In this document: in pieces, positions 1-10,290 of the stretch
How positions within the stretch are numbered: the stretch's first letter is position 1
Layout: every line of letters starts with the position of its first letter
Source of the DNA: a virus
Virus record (IMG/VR): IMGVR_UViG_3300039065_000016
Reading direction: 5' to 3' (one strand)
Length of the DNA stretch: 64,000 nt
Made by a program: the position numbers and the translations under genes
The notes under the pieces: generated by a model
The model's input: only the letters and a program-made list of their open reading frames with translations
What the model was told of the DNA's origin: nothing
Database searches by the model: none

Positions 1-579
1 CATACCTTCCCAATCTTTCCGATATATGGCCAAGTTCTCCACAGGGCCATCCTCGCCGGTTGAGTCCATGAGATAGAAGTACAGACCGGTCGCCTCGTCC
101 CACGGCTCATCATCATTGAATATGTAGCGAAGCATGCGATTGATATATGCAATCGAGCCGTTCGAAATCAGCGCTACATATCTTAGCTGAAGCACTTTCC
201 TGATTTCGTCCAAGTTGAGAATTTCGGCATTGCCGCCACCGTAGAAGTTGCCGCCCGGCGATGCGTCTGCCGGTGGCGGAACTTGTGTACCGCTATAGAT
301 GAAGTTCTGGCGTAGCCGACCGAATGCCCAAGAACTGTTTTTTGGATATAGGCCGAATCCTTTCGACGGCGTGCCGAGGATGATGCACCACACCATGAGG
401 CCGAACGGGTTGGCGGTCTTCAGGTTGAAAACGTCGCGCTCCCAGTTAACCCAAAACTGACGACTGAAACGGTCATACCATTGAGCTTTTCGCTGAACCA
501 AGCCGGTGATCCCAGGGGCCTGGTTATGGAGCCACTTCAGCGCCTGTTGAATATCAGAATTGTACGCGGGCAGAGTCAT
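1..579 (-). CDS. virion structural protein of the baseplate/fibre-attachment block, N-terminal 193 codons only (gene runs off window start)
   Basis: ATG at 579..577 overlaps the TGA of the upstream baseplate-J ORF (ATGA). Frame stays open to nt 1 (MTLPAYNSDIQQALKWLHNQAPGITG...). Absent from the ORF track only because no stop lies inside the window. Confidence 0.6.
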   Translation of the reverse strand, partial: MTLPAYNSDIQQALKWLHNQAPGITGLVQRKAQWYDRFSRQFWVNWERDVFNLKTANPFGLMVWCIILGTPSKGFGLYPKNSSWAFGRLRQNFIYSGTQVPPPADASPGGNFYGGGNAEILNLDEIRKVLQLRYVALISNGSIAYINRMLRYIFNDDEPWDEATGLYFYLMDSTGEDGPVENLAIYRKDWEGM

Positions 580-1829
580 ACGAAAGTCACCCTAACGTTG
601 CCAACCGAAATGGTAGCCTGACCGAATGCGCTCATGACGTACTCAGGCGAGAAGTCGCCGGGGGCCGGGGCCGGCGATCCAGCCGGGACGCAAGCCACCT
701 GGCATAGTTTAATGTAGATTCCGGGAATCTCGCGAGCGATGGCCCCGGCCACTTCAAAGGCAGACAGACTCGCGCCGACGACCAATCCCTCTTCGCCCTC
801 CACTTTCCCCTGGGCGTAATTTACAACTGCGTTTTGGATTGCTTCCGGAGCGACCGAGGAAGAGCCTTGCTGAACGGTGACGTTTACATATCCGTCATAC
901 ATGATCGGAGTAGTCCACTTCACCACATACTTCCGACCGGATGCCGGGTCGCGAACAGGAACGCCAGTAGGCCCATCCACAGGGACGCCGTTGTCGGCCG
1001 CGCCATAGTCCCAGGGAGTCCCGCCGTTGTGGGCCGCCCACAGAGCATCTGCGACAGCCTGCTTATCCGGATTTCCGGCGACGCAGACCCAGACCGCATA
1101 CGGAAGGGTGAATGATACGCCGTTGACAACTTGAACCGTGCCGGTGTTGTTTTCGATGACGTTGACCGAGGTAACGTTGGGCACGGCGCTGACATACGCT
1201 TTAATGGCCAAAGTCGAGTTGCGGCCTTGGATCGCCAGACGATTGACGCGAGCATTCTTCAATTCTGCATCGGTCATTTGGCGGCTGCCAGGATCGACGC
1301 GAGTTGAAGCGATGACTTTCGCCCCGGCCCAACCGATGGTTCCATCGATGATGATCAGATTTCCTACGGGAAGAGGGATGTTTCCATAGTCCTGCGATTT
1401 TACGTCGATGGTGGCGACTCCGGTTGCCGGAATCAGAACGTCACTCATGACCGTGAAAATCGCTCCGGCCGGAGTCTGCACACGCGACCCGGTGGAAATT
1501 CGGGTCTGGCTGCGGCCGGTCACCTGGACGCCATAGCCGAACGTCGAAAGATCAGAGCCGCGCTCGATTCCCATCAGCGCACAGATGGCGTCCAGGAACG
1601 TTCCGAAAGACACGTTTGGGTTGATGGTATTGGCGATGCGAGCTTCATTCCTCATCACGCTAGAACGCGCAATGGTTTCAGCCGCGACCAGAGTTCCCTG
1701 GGGCGTTGAGGCCGCCAGGTTGATATTGGCGCCGAGGGCTGCCCTGAATTCCGCTTCAACGTCCTTCAGAATATCAGCAGTATCGGCGACTATGACTCCA
1801 GTATCTACTATGTAGTCATAATTAGCCAT
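576..1829 (-). CDS. baseplate J-like protein (P2 gpJ / T4 gp6 class)
   Basis: 417-aa track ORF directly after the spike gene. Segment GSRQMTDAELKNARVNRLAIQG resembles the conserved acidic/Arg block of Baseplate_J proteins. An alternative upstream start at 1875 is discussed in findings. Confidence 0.65.
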   Translation of the reverse strand: MANYDYIVDTGVIVADTADILKDVEAEFRAALGANINLAASTPQGTLVAAETIARSSVMRNEARIANTINPNVSFGTFLDAICALMGIERGSDLSTFGYGVQVTGRSQTRISTGSRVQTPAGAIFTVMSDVLIPATGVATIDVKSQDYGNIPLPVGNLIIIDGTIGWAGAKVIASTRVDPGSRQMTDAELKNARVNRLAIQGRNSTLAIKAYVSAVPNVTSVNVIENNTGTVQVVNGVSFTLPYAVWVCVAGNPDKQAVADALWAAHNGGTPWDYGAADNGVPVDGPTGVPVRDPASGRKYVVKWTTPIMYDGYVNVTVQQGSSSVAPEAIQNAVVNYAQGKVEGEEGLVVGASLSAFEVAGAIAREIPGIYIKLCQVACVPAGSPAPAPGDFSPEYVMSAFGQATISVGNVRVTFV

Positions 1830-1834
1830 TACAA

Positions 1835-1843
1835 CCCCCCCCC
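1835..1843 (-). repeat. homopolymer G9 on the coding (-) strand (C9 on + strand)
   Basis: acaaCCCCCCCCCgctg. Lies 5 nt upstream of ATG 1829 and downstream of an AAGGAG + ATG at 1887..1873. Confidence 0.95.
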
Positions 1844-1885
1844 GCTGTTAAATCAGAAAAATCAAAACTAGCCATGAAATTCTCC

Positions 1886-2575
<690 letters not shown>

Positions 2576-2606
2576 CTAGTATAGCCTTCCCAGGCTCGCT
2601 TAGGAA

Positions 2607-3140
2607 TTATCCCTTTTTGATTCTGTTCTGTGATGCTTCGGACGCTAGAGCCTCATTCACGCTCTTCGCAGTCATGATGTCAATCATCTTAAAGGCATCT
2701 TGAGTCGAATAATACTCTTCCAGCTCGCGCATAGAAGCTGACCCATTCGCCACCAAACTTGCGACCACGGAAGGCGAATGGGCCGTCTTCACGCTTTTGA
2801 TATCTTCTACAAATCTTGATGGAATTTTGACCCCTGTCCAATCTTTGAGGAAGCCAAAGTTCCAATCTATGACCAGTTCAGACAAAAGCGCAAGCACTTG
2901 TACGGGAGCTATTACGTTCGCCCGGTCAATTACATAAAGATTTATGTTCGCAGCGGTCAAGGGAAGCCAAACGCCTTCCGGTTGTTCCTCCGTATGGGCC
3001 AACACGTCGGTCCCTTTGAGCAATTCTTCCGGAGGAACATCATGGATTCCCGACATCATCCTGAGTCCATCGACCGCAGAGAATTGCCGCGAGTTGTAGT
3101 GCACGCCGAACATATTGAATGATTTGATTTCCCTGGCCAT
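2607..3140 (-). CDS. tail/baseplate assembly protein, function unassigned (177 aa)
   Basis: Track ORF. Start shares nt 3140 with the upstream stop (translational coupling). Lies in the tail block. Confidence 0.7.
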   Translation of the reverse strand: MAREIKSFNMFGVHYNSRQFSAVDGLRMMSGIHDVPPEELLKGTDVLAHTEEQPEGVWLPLTAANINLYVIDRANVIAPVQVLALLSELVIDWNFGFLKDWTGVKIPSRFVEDIKSVKTAHSPSVVASLVANGSASMRELEEYYSTQDAFKMIDIMTAKSVNEALASEASQNRIKKG

Positions 3141-4003
3141 TACGCTGCTGGGCTCCCCATGACTTTGATATAGAACGGCCGATCCCGGCTGGCCAAATCA
3201 TACTCTAGAGCGGTGATCACATAGTTGCCGTTGACGCTTGGATTCATGAGAGATTCGACCGCGACACCGCCAGCCACGCGAATCGACGGTTCAAACAGAC
3301 ACTGAAATTCCACGCCCCATTCCGACCATGAAGGGATGCCGACGAATGAGTTGATGTTGGCAACTTCATCAGGACGAATGACCTTATCCCGGTCCTTCAC
3401 GACCAGAATGTCATCATCGACGAACGCGGCCACATCCGGCATGTACATATCCTGAATCGATGCCAGGATTGCCGACGCGACAGTGATCGACCGGCCCGGA
3501 TTCTTCAAAACTTGATCATTGTAGCTGGTGTCGCAGATGAAGTTAAGCCCCATTTCATTTGCGCCCCATTCGACGAACTTTACAAACGTCGTGTTGGCTG
3601 GCGGCATATTTCGAATAGTCTTCGTCCTATCGATTTGCCTTGTGTAGCATTGGATGCGAATTCCAATATCCGGTGGCGGCGAAATGACATCGACAATTGC
3701 CACTTCGCCGACAAATACTCTGGAAACTTGTTCGCGGCCCTGATCGGAATAACCGGCCTCAACCGATACTCTGATCATCAGTTCGTCTTCCATGCCTACT
3801 TGACGCTGCCGGTGCTTCCACGCTGTGAACTGCGACAGAAGAGACTCGCGCAATTGCGTCGTGAGTCCAAAGATTTCCAGGGTAGCTCGGTTTTGAATTC
3901 GCAATGCAGCCTTCATAATCCGGACCCGAACATCCAGGTCTTCACGGATGATTTCGGGTCCATAGGGCATATTGAATGTGACTCGCAGAATTCTCTTTTT
4001 CAT
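3140..4003 (-). CDS. tail/baseplate protein immediately downstream of tape measure (287 aa), function unassigned
   Basis: Track ORF. Start overlaps the tape-measure stop at 4003. Position corresponds to distal-tail/hub proteins in other myophages. Confidence 0.7.
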   Translation of the reverse strand: MKKRILRVTFNMPYGPEIIREDLDVRVRIMKAALRIQNRATLEIFGLTTQLRESLLSQFTAWKHRQRQVGMEDELMIRVSVEAGYSDQGREQVSRVFVGEVAIVDVISPPPDIGIRIQCYTRQIDRTKTIRNMPPANTTFVKFVEWGANEMGLNFICDTSYNDQVLKNPGRSITVASAILASIQDMYMPDVAAFVDDDILVVKDRDKVIRPDEVANINSFVGIPSWSEWGVEFQCLFEPSIRVAGGVAVESLMNPSVNGNYVITALEYDLASRDRPFYIKVMGSPAA

Positions 4004-6585
4004 CAGTAGAGTATCTTAGTTGCAGAATCGTTTTGGGAGTCCTGGATGGCAGTGGTCAGCTGTTCTGCGGTTTGCCTGCTGAAGATTTCGCGAGCCTCTT
4101 CTGGAGAATTCGCGCCGGTGACGTTTACCAACATATCAATTCGACCGATTGTCAGTTCCTGGCCGCGCTCTGGAGCGCTCTTCAGAAGCTTCTCCCCATA
4201 CGTCCTGAGAATATCCATTTCTCGCGATGCGGCGTTAACCTTGGCAGTAGCTTCGGCGAGCTTGGCTGGAGAAAGGAATACATTGTTGGCCTCTGTCGCA
4301 GCGGCTTTGATTTCCTGCTGTTTGCCCAAGATGGCCTGGTTGTATCCGAACAGCAAGTCGGAACGGCTGATTTCGCGGCGCATAATTTGGTTAGGATTAA
4401 CACCGATGACTTGGGCAATAGCTCCGGCAGTGAGTTGGGCCTGGATGTTCTGCTTTGTCTCGCCACGAACCTGGTTCGGGAATTTCCGGAATCCAGAGTC
4501 CGCCCGGTCGGCGTCTTGGCGCTGAGACATTTTAAGAATTTCGCCGTCACTGCGGTCTGGCATGCGGTCGATGATGCGAATCTCCGGCCGGACAACTCTG
4601 TCGTCATATCGACGAGCTTCGCGGCGATCATCCTCCTTCCTGCCCTGGTCCGGAGCTTCCAGCCTTCCGCCGTCATAGGGGCGAATGTCCATGTCGCCAC
4701 CTTCTGGCGCGAACGTCTCGTTGGCGACCGTCATGGCCGCGGCCTTCTGCTTGCGCTGGGCTTCCTCCATCAGTTCAATTGGTGCGCTCATCACCAAACC
4801 AGGATATGCGCGAGTCCTTGGCCCCCAGTTCTTCGGGTCGAGGCCGCCATGGTAGTAGGTCAACGCCAATCGCATGTCGCCTTTGGCCCGGTCCAGGTTT
4901 TCCCGCAATAGGCGCGTTCCACCGAGGATGTTTTGGCGTGGGTCATACACATCGGTGATTCCATACGCCTTGGCAATTTCCGGCATCAGCTGCATGAGGC
5001 CTTTCGCCCCGGCTTCGCTGGTCGCCCTAGCGTTGAATCGGCTTTCAGTGTATATGAGCTTCTTGATGTCCATCTCAGGAATGTTGTACATCTTAGATGC
5101 ATCTTTGATGATGTCATTGATGTACGATGGCACGTTGATCGGCTCGGCCTTGCGCTGCGGCGAGAACATCCTGTTTCGCAGAGACTGGGCGCCAATAGGC
5201 TCGCCGAATACTTGACCGGCCGCGCCACTCTTCGACTGATCGTAGATCGCGTGCGGATAAACCCCTGTTGCTCGCGAAGTCGGTGCGGTGCTTCCCATGC
5301 CCACTGCGCGCCCGATTTCCCCCGCCCATGCCGCCCATGCTTGACGCTCGTCAACGGCATTGGCGAACGATGACACGGCTCCGCTGAACATGTTGATCGC
5401 CACCGCGAAATCATTCGTTGACTTCGTAGTCTGGTCGGCCAATTTCTCCAGCTCTTTCATGGACTTCGTAGCTTTGTCCTGGTCTTCCTGTTTCTTGGCC
5501 AGGTCTTCGCTGGTTTGGCCTTGGGAGCCTGGGACCTTTGACTTGTCGATTAATCCGGCCTCTTCCATGCCGCGCCGAGTGCCCCAGGAGGCCAGACGAC
5601 CTAGCAGAGCACCAGGACTGAGAAGGGACAGGATATCGCCGCCCACAGTGGCCTTTCCGGTGATTCCATCGTCCCAGCGGGCTTTCGTGTCCTTGGCGAA
5701 TTCTTCCACTTCATTGGGAATGGCCTGGACAATTTTGTCGATGATTTCGATCAACTTGGTGAATGCAGGCGCGAGTTTTTCGCCAACGCGGTTTTCCAGA
5801 GTCGTGAACGTTTGGTTGAGGTTTGCCAAAGCATCATTGAACTTCTGAATGTTTGACTCGCCCCTGACCCTAGCCTGAAGCTCTTCTGACGTCATCTCAG
5901 TGACTTTGCCCATTGCCGGGCCGATCTTCGCCAGGGTGCTCAGATAGTCCCGCGAGACGCCGAGGGCATCAGCATATGCCGAAATCTCGTCCGGTTTCAA
6001 CTTGGCCATCTTCGTGGCCAGCTCAGTGATGATGTCGTTGAGCGGCCTCATGCCTTTCTGGAAGCTTCCGACATCTACGCCGGCCATGCGCAGAATCCGC
6101 GCCTCTGGGCCGACCCGTCCGATATCGCGATAAGCTCGCCGGAAAGTGTCGGCCAGATTTTTGGTCATTTCCGCGCCCTGCTCGCGGCTGATCGTTCCTC
6201 CAGACTGGCGGGCCAGTTTCCGCTGGTACTCTTCCAGCCGCGCCGGGGCGATGCCGATATCCATCGCCTGGATGCGCTGCTGGTTGTACTGGTCCCTGGT
6301 GTTCATGAACGCCTTGACGCCGGCCGCGACCAGGGCCACGCCAGTAGCGCCTATCGCGAGCTGGGCGTTCATCCCGCGAATCGCGCTCGTTACGGCGTCC
6401 ACCTGCGGAACCACGCGGCCGAGTTCGGTTGCAGCGCCGTCTGCGAAGTGGCGCAAATCTTGAAGGCCACTAGTCGATGCGCTGTTTACGCGCCTGATCT
6501 GATTCTGGAGACGTTCCAGATTTCGTTCGGCTCTGGCCGTGTCGGCCTCATACCGAAGTATGAATTCATCCAAATCACTAGACAT
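4003..6585 (-). CDS. tail tape measure protein with internal soluble lytic transglycosylase (SLT) domain
   Basis: 860 aa, the longest ORF of the tail block, with Ala/Gln-rich helical regions. Carries the SLT motif IYTESRFNARATSEAGAKGLMQLMPEIAKAYGI ... ALTYYHGG (catalytic E-S, GLMQ, Y-x-x-G). Confidence 0.85.
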   Translation of the reverse strand: MSSDLDEFILRYEADTARAERNLERLQNQIRRVNSASTSGLQDLRHFADGAATELGRVVPQVDAVTSAIRGMNAQLAIGATGVALVAAGVKAFMNTRDQYNQQRIQAMDIGIAPARLEEYQRKLARQSGGTISREQGAEMTKNLADTFRRAYRDIGRVGPEARILRMAGVDVGSFQKGMRPLNDIITELATKMAKLKPDEISAYADALGVSRDYLSTLAKIGPAMGKVTEMTSEELQARVRGESNIQKFNDALANLNQTFTTLENRVGEKLAPAFTKLIEIIDKIVQAIPNEVEEFAKDTKARWDDGITGKATVGGDILSLLSPGALLGRLASWGTRRGMEEAGLIDKSKVPGSQGQTSEDLAKKQEDQDKATKSMKELEKLADQTTKSTNDFAVAINMFSGAVSSFANAVDERQAWAAWAGEIGRAVGMGSTAPTSRATGVYPHAIYDQSKSGAAGQVFGEPIGAQSLRNRMFSPQRKAEPINVPSYINDIIKDASKMYNIPEMDIKKLIYTESRFNARATSEAGAKGLMQLMPEIAKAYGITDVYDPRQNILGGTRLLRENLDRAKGDMRLALTYYHGGLDPKNWGPRTRAYPGLVMSAPIELMEEAQRKQKAAAMTVANETFAPEGGDMDIRPYDGGRLEAPDQGRKEDDRREARRYDDRVVRPEIRIIDRMPDRSDGEILKMSQRQDADRADSGFRKFPNQVRGETKQNIQAQLTAGAIAQVIGVNPNQIMRREISRSDLLFGYNQAILGKQQEIKAAATEANNVFLSPAKLAEATAKVNAASREMDILRTYGEKLLKSAPERGQELTIGRIDMLVNVTGANSPEEAREIFSRQTAEQLTTAIQDSQNDSATKILY

Positions 6586-6588
6586 GAA

Positions 6589-7017
6589 TTACTCCGGCTT
6601 GCTGGCGAGTCCTTCGGCGATTTTCATAGCTGGCCCAATGAGCTTGGACGCCTCGGCCAGAAATGCGATTGCCATCTGCGAACCGGCTTGCTCCCAATAG
6701 TCCGGGCGGTCGGCGTGCGTTGTCGGATCGATGCCGTTGTGCTTGAGGACGGAATCGAAGACGAATTCAACGTTCTTCCAGTTGCCGAGGTGGTTGTTGA
6801 TGACCGCAGCAGTAGTCAACGGAATTTCGGAATCATCGTTACCGAGAATGACTTTGGCATAGCTCAGGATTTCCATGGTGAAAGCGCGGCGGAAGTCGGC
6901 ATCCTTGCTGACTGCGAACTCGACGAAACGGCGCTGGAGTTCCCAGCCGTCCAATGCCGACCACGCCTCGATTTGTACGCGAGTTTGGCGGCCATCGGGA
7001 AGGTTGATTTCAAGCAT
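6589..7017 (-). CDS. tail assembly chaperone candidate (142 aa)
   Basis: Track ORF immediately upstream of the tape measure. GAGGA SD before ATG 7017. Call is by position only. Confidence 0.5.
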   Translation of the reverse strand: MLEINLPDGRQTRVQIEAWSALDGWELQRRFVEFAVSKDADFRRAFTMEILSYAKVILGNDDSEIPLTTAAVINNHLGNWKNVEFVFDSVLKHNGIDPTTHADRPDYWEQAGSQMAIAFLAEASKLIGPAMKIAEGLASKPE

Positions 7018-7026
7018 GATACATCC

Positions 7027-7620
7027 TCAGAAATAACTGGTCACGCGATTATATAGCGATTTTGCGGCCGAAGATATCGAATCGCCGGTGGCTCCCAAGT
7101 CTAGCAAATTTGCATCGGAAAGGGACTGAATCTGCACGCCATAAGTTGGGCGATCTTGAGGGAAAGCCGGATCAAATTCATTCAATACTGGAGGCTCAAC
7201 CTGCTCGAATTCCATGTTGATCTCAGCCGCATTTAGCATGTCAGGAGATTGATCTACATCGAGCGTCATGATGGCCATTTTATCAGCCAATATCGACTTG
7301 GAAGTGATGGCGAAAGTCGAGGTATTGTCATTAAAAGCATTCATGATACTTTCAACTGTGGACAAGTCTGGACAGATGGCATTGATGCGAAGCCGCACTG
7401 GCTGAATGATCTTCCCGTTCTTCACATCAACGTCCAGCGCTTCGGTATACACCTGAGCTTCCGTCTGGTCTTTCGTCGCCAAAGGCTTCGACACTACGGA
7501 AGCCGGTGAGTAAATTTCCACTTTCTTGACTTGGAGACTCTTCCAAACGGGAAGTTTGGTTAAATCATCACGGATGGTGAGAGTAGGCGTGTTGAGAATG
7601 GCCTTGAGGAAAGAGTTCAA
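7027..7620 (-). CDS. tail protein / assembly chaperone candidate (197 aa)
   Basis: Track ORF, second gene upstream of the tape measure. Call is by position only. Confidence 0.5.
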   Translation of the reverse strand: MNSFLKAILNTPTLTIRDDLTKLPVWKSLQVKKVEIYSPASVVSKPLATKDQTEAQVYTEALDVDVKNGKIIQPVRLRINAICPDLSTVESIMNAFNDNTSTFAITSKSILADKMAIMTLDVDQSPDMLNAAEINMEFEQVEPPVLNEFDPAFPQDRPTYGVQIQSLSDANLLDLGATGDSISSAAKSLYNRVTSYF

Positions 7621-7628
7621 TTGGCACC

Positions 7629-8168
7629 TCAGAACAAGTCTGCGGCGTTCTGGACGCCGTTCACTGCGTAGTCGAACAGGTCACTGGCCGAGCCCACAAC
7701 GTCTTCGGCCAGGGCCAACCCTCGGTCGATTATGGAAGAGTCTCCAGCATTCCTGAACATGATTGGTTTGGGATTCTGAACGAGCACTTGGGAAAATGTC
7801 AGCCGCGCAGGAGTTGCCGATATCATTTCTGGCGTCTGATTAAGCGCTTCGCTGGTACACATCATCCGTTCGAATACCATGCCGCGAGTGATGACTTTGT
7901 ACAGCGTATCACGATCCAGGAGCAGTTGATTAATCTGATCTACGACATCAATTGAAGGGCAGAATACCTCAACGATTATCTCCATAGGATGGACCGTTCT
8001 GGAGTCCATCTTTGTCGTACCGTCTTCCAGCATGTGGCGCTGCCCTACAGAAGAAAACCGGGTGTTAACCCGGCTTATCCTCAAATCCGCAGCAACTAGC
8101 TGGTTTGTATTCTGATCTACAATCGAAAAAGACCGCGAGCTTAGGAGGCTGGTGAAAATCCCTAACAT
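7629..8168 (-). CDS. tail-associated hypothetical protein (179 aa)
   Basis: Track ORF. ATGA overlap with the upstream gene at 8168. Confidence 0.65.
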   Translation of the reverse strand: MLGIFTSLLSSRSFSIVDQNTNQLVAADLRISRVNTRFSSVGQRHMLEDGTTKMDSRTVHPMEIIVEVFCPSIDVVDQINQLLLDRDTLYKVITRGMVFERMMCTSEALNQTPEMISATPARLTFSQVLVQNPKPIMFRNAGDSSIIDRGLALAEDVVGSASDLFDYAVNGVQNAADLF

Positions 8169-8671
8169 CAGATCACCTCCAGAACCGATTGAATAACGTT
8201 AGAAATAGCTTGACGCGCAGTCTGGGCGCCGAGATAGTTGCCGAAAACAAAAGTATACGTGTTGCCTTTGCGCCGTCCGGTGTTCTGGATGGTATCTATG
8301 GCCGGACCCTTGATGATAGTTCCGTTGGACAGAACAGTGCGGCCGCCATCGGGAAGAGTTGCAACAAGAGTCGTCATGTCTGGAATGACGCCTGGAAGGA
8401 ATCGAAATGATCCCTTTTTGGAATTTAGAAGGATGCGAAGATTAATATCATCTTCGCTCCCTGCGATTACGGATATGGACACTTCCAAAGGGGCCGCCTT
8501 ATCGAAGGCAAACAGACCGCCATCATAAAGCATCTCATACCCGAACGGCTCCAGCTCTTTGGATGATATCGGACTCTCATCATCAGCGAACTTCGACAAG
8601 GAAAACCCCATCGGGAACGACGAGGTTGAAACTATCACAATTCCCGTGCCGAAGCCGCTGACGTTGATCAT
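8168..8671 (-). CDS. tail tube-like protein, paralogue of 9781..10233
   Basis: N-terminus MINVSGFGTGIVIVSTSSFPMGFSLSKFADDESPI aligns by eye with MINISAFGSIAQFTASRTFPNGFTVTEFADDADPI of the tube gene. Further matches occur along the length (..LEV...VI...E....L..LL......G...V...PDG...). Confidence 0.6.
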   Translation of the reverse strand: MINVSGFGTGIVIVSTSSFPMGFSLSKFADDESPISSKELEPFGYEMLYDGGLFAFDKAAPLEVSISVIAGSEDDINLRILLNSKKGSFRFLPGVIPDMTTLVATLPDGGRTVLSNGTIIKGPAIDTIQNTGRRKGNTYTFVFGNYLGAQTARQAISNVIQSVLEVI

Positions 8672-8680
8672 GTCGAGTCC

Positions 8681-9109
8681 TTACTTGCTGGTGGTTTTGC
8701 GAGCCGTGGGCTTGGTAGTGGCGGTGGCCTCTTTAGCGGCTGCAGAGGCCTCTACCTCGGTCTTTTCTTCCTTGGTAGTAGTCGGGGGCGTCTCGGACCC
8801 TTTCTCGTCGCCTTGGCCCTCTGCAGGGGCTTCCTGGGCGCTTTCCGGGGTCGATCCGGCCGCAGGGGTGCCGGTCGATGCCGGAGCTGGGATGGCACCG
8901 CCGTTGTCGACATTCGGATCGACGTTCACCGGGGGAACGGGAATACCGGCCGACGAAGAGTTGCCCTTGCCAGTGTTCTTTTCGCGGTCCAGGCCTTCCA
9001 GGTCTTCGACCGACGGGTTGAAAGAAGGCAGCGGGTCCAGGAGCGGCGGGTTTTTGCCGTCCAAGAATAGTTGGGTGCCGTTGGCGTATTGGATGCGGAT
9101 GGTACTCAT
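8681..9109 (-). CDS. hypothetical tail-block protein with low-complexity P/T/A/E-rich C-terminus (142 aa)
   Basis: Track ORF in tight spacing with its neighbours. Confidence 0.6.
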   Translation of the reverse strand: MSTIRIQYANGTQLFLDGKNPPLLDPLPSFNPSVEDLEGLDREKNTGKGNSSSAGIPVPPVNVDPNVDNGGAIPAPASTGTPAAGSTPESAQEAPAEGQGDEKGSETPPTTTKEEKTEVEASAAAKEATATTKPTARKTTSK

Positions 9110-9110
9110 T

Positions 9111-9461
9111 TCAAACTCCTGCAGTTACAGGCCCGTGGATGGTGATGACTTTCGCATCGACGCCGAAGACTTCACCGGTGATGTCGATGTCAAGTTGCTC
9201 GATGCCGGTCACGTCCGGCGATGACAAAATTGCATCCGCGATGGATTTGCGAGCATCATCATAGCTCTTCTGCGGCGAGAAGATATATTCAAAATATCCC
9301 ACACCGGCGTCCACATCGAAAATGTTTTCGCCGGTGCGCATGAGCATCGCCGCCCGAACGTCCTGGGCGCACGCTTCTACATCCCTGAGAATGACCATGT
9401 TTCCATTGTCGTCCAAAAGGATGTCATTGTTCACCCCGGTTCTGATCGTTGATGTGCTCAT
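9111..9461 (-). CDS. hypothetical tail-block protein (116 aa)
   Basis: Start trimmed to ATG 9461, which forms an ATGA overlap with the stop of 9458..9781 and follows AGGAAAG. The track start 9548 would overlap the upstream gene by 90 nt. Confidence 0.6.
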   Translation of the reverse strand: MSTSTIRTGVNNDILLDDNGNMVILRDVEACAQDVRAAMLMRTGENIFDVDAGVGYFEYIFSPQKSYDDARKSIADAILSSPDVTGIEQLDIDITGEVFGVDAKVITIHGPVTAGV

Positions 9462-9781
9462 TCTTTCCTCGTGGCCAGCGCCTGATATTCTGCGAACTCG
9501 ACACCGTCCAGATAGAACAGGTTTATGCCGTCGCCGAACAACGTCCAATCGGCGTCACGGTCGAAAACGAAATTGCCATAGTCGGGTCGATACTGGTGGC
9601 TATACTGGAGAAGCGGAATTCCGCCGAAGCAGCGGACCCCATGACAAACGATCACGCCGTCGCGGCTGATATCGGCATTCATCATATCCAGATTCTGGTA
9701 CAGACGAATCTTCCAATAGCTGCTGCCGGCGTTAAATGAGATCGCCTGATTCGGGACTGCTGTCAGCGGAATCTTCTTCAT
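9458..9781 (-). CDS. hypothetical tail-block protein (107 aa)
   Basis: Track ORF. Start shares nt 9781 with the tube gene stop. Confidence 0.6.
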   Translation of the reverse strand: MKKIPLTAVPNQAISFNAGSSYWKIRLYQNLDMMNADISRDGVIVCHGVRCFGGIPLLQYSHQYRPDYGNFVFDRDADWTLFGDGINLFYLDGVEFAEYQALATRKE

Positions 9782-10233
9782 CAGCTAGTACCGGCTTTGA
9801 CTACTTTCTCGAAACGGAATCGATACGGCTTCGTCTTCAGGCGGCCAACGCTCGCCACCGCATTGATCAGAACGCCGTCGATGGGAGTGCCGTTGGTACA
9901 GGTGATTTTGCTACCGTCCGGCATCGCCACGACCAGACCGATGACATCACGAGCACCCGACTTGTCTTTTCCGGTGCGGTTGGCATCCAGCAGGACGGCC
10001 AAGTTGCGCTCACCCTCGGTGTTCGGGATGACGTTGACGACGACTTCCAGGATGTTGGCCCGGTTCCAAACCACCATATCGCCATTGAGGCCGACGCCGG
10101 TATCAGCCGCAGTGAACGGCGGGCTGTCGATGGGGTCCGCATCATCAGCGAACTCGGTCACCGTGAATCCGTTCGGGAAGGTTCTGCTTGCCGTGAATTG
10201 GGCAATCGAGCCGAACGCAGAAATGTTGATCAT
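9781..10233 (-). CDS. tail tube protein
   Basis: 150-aa ORF directly downstream of the sheath-sized gene. Has a paralogue at 8168..8671. Confidence 0.6.
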   Translation of the reverse strand: MINISAFGSIAQFTASRTFPNGFTVTEFADDADPIDSPPFTAADTGVGLNGDMVVWNRANILEVVVNVIPNTEGERNLAVLLDANRTGKDKSGARDVIGLVVAMPDGSKITCTNGTPIDGVLINAVASVGRLKTKPYRFRFEKVVKAGTS

Positions 10234-10261
10234 TGCTTATTCCTCACTCCATTCATGGAAG

Positions 10262-10288
10262 GTTGCGGCGGTCGAGTCCGCCGCAAAC
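10262..10288 (-). terminator. GC-rich stem-loop between sheath and tube genes (attenuator or mRNA-stabilising hairpin; no U-tract)
   Basis: gttgcggcgg-tcgagt-ccgccgcaa(a)c. A 10-bp stem lying 3 nt after the sheath stop. Confidence 0.35.
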
Positions 10289-10290
10289 CG

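Noticed and set aside
7015-7029. The two genes upstream of the tape measure (7027..7620 and 6589..7017) are in the same frame, separated by TGA GGA TGT ATC ATG. This suggests stop-codon read-through or a chaperone fusion analogous to the G/GT frameshift products.
   Set aside because: Same-frame adjacency has a 1-in-3 chance. GAGGA just before ATG 7017 supports independent initiation. No slippery heptamer or overlapping -1 frame typical of tail-chaperone frameshifting is visible.
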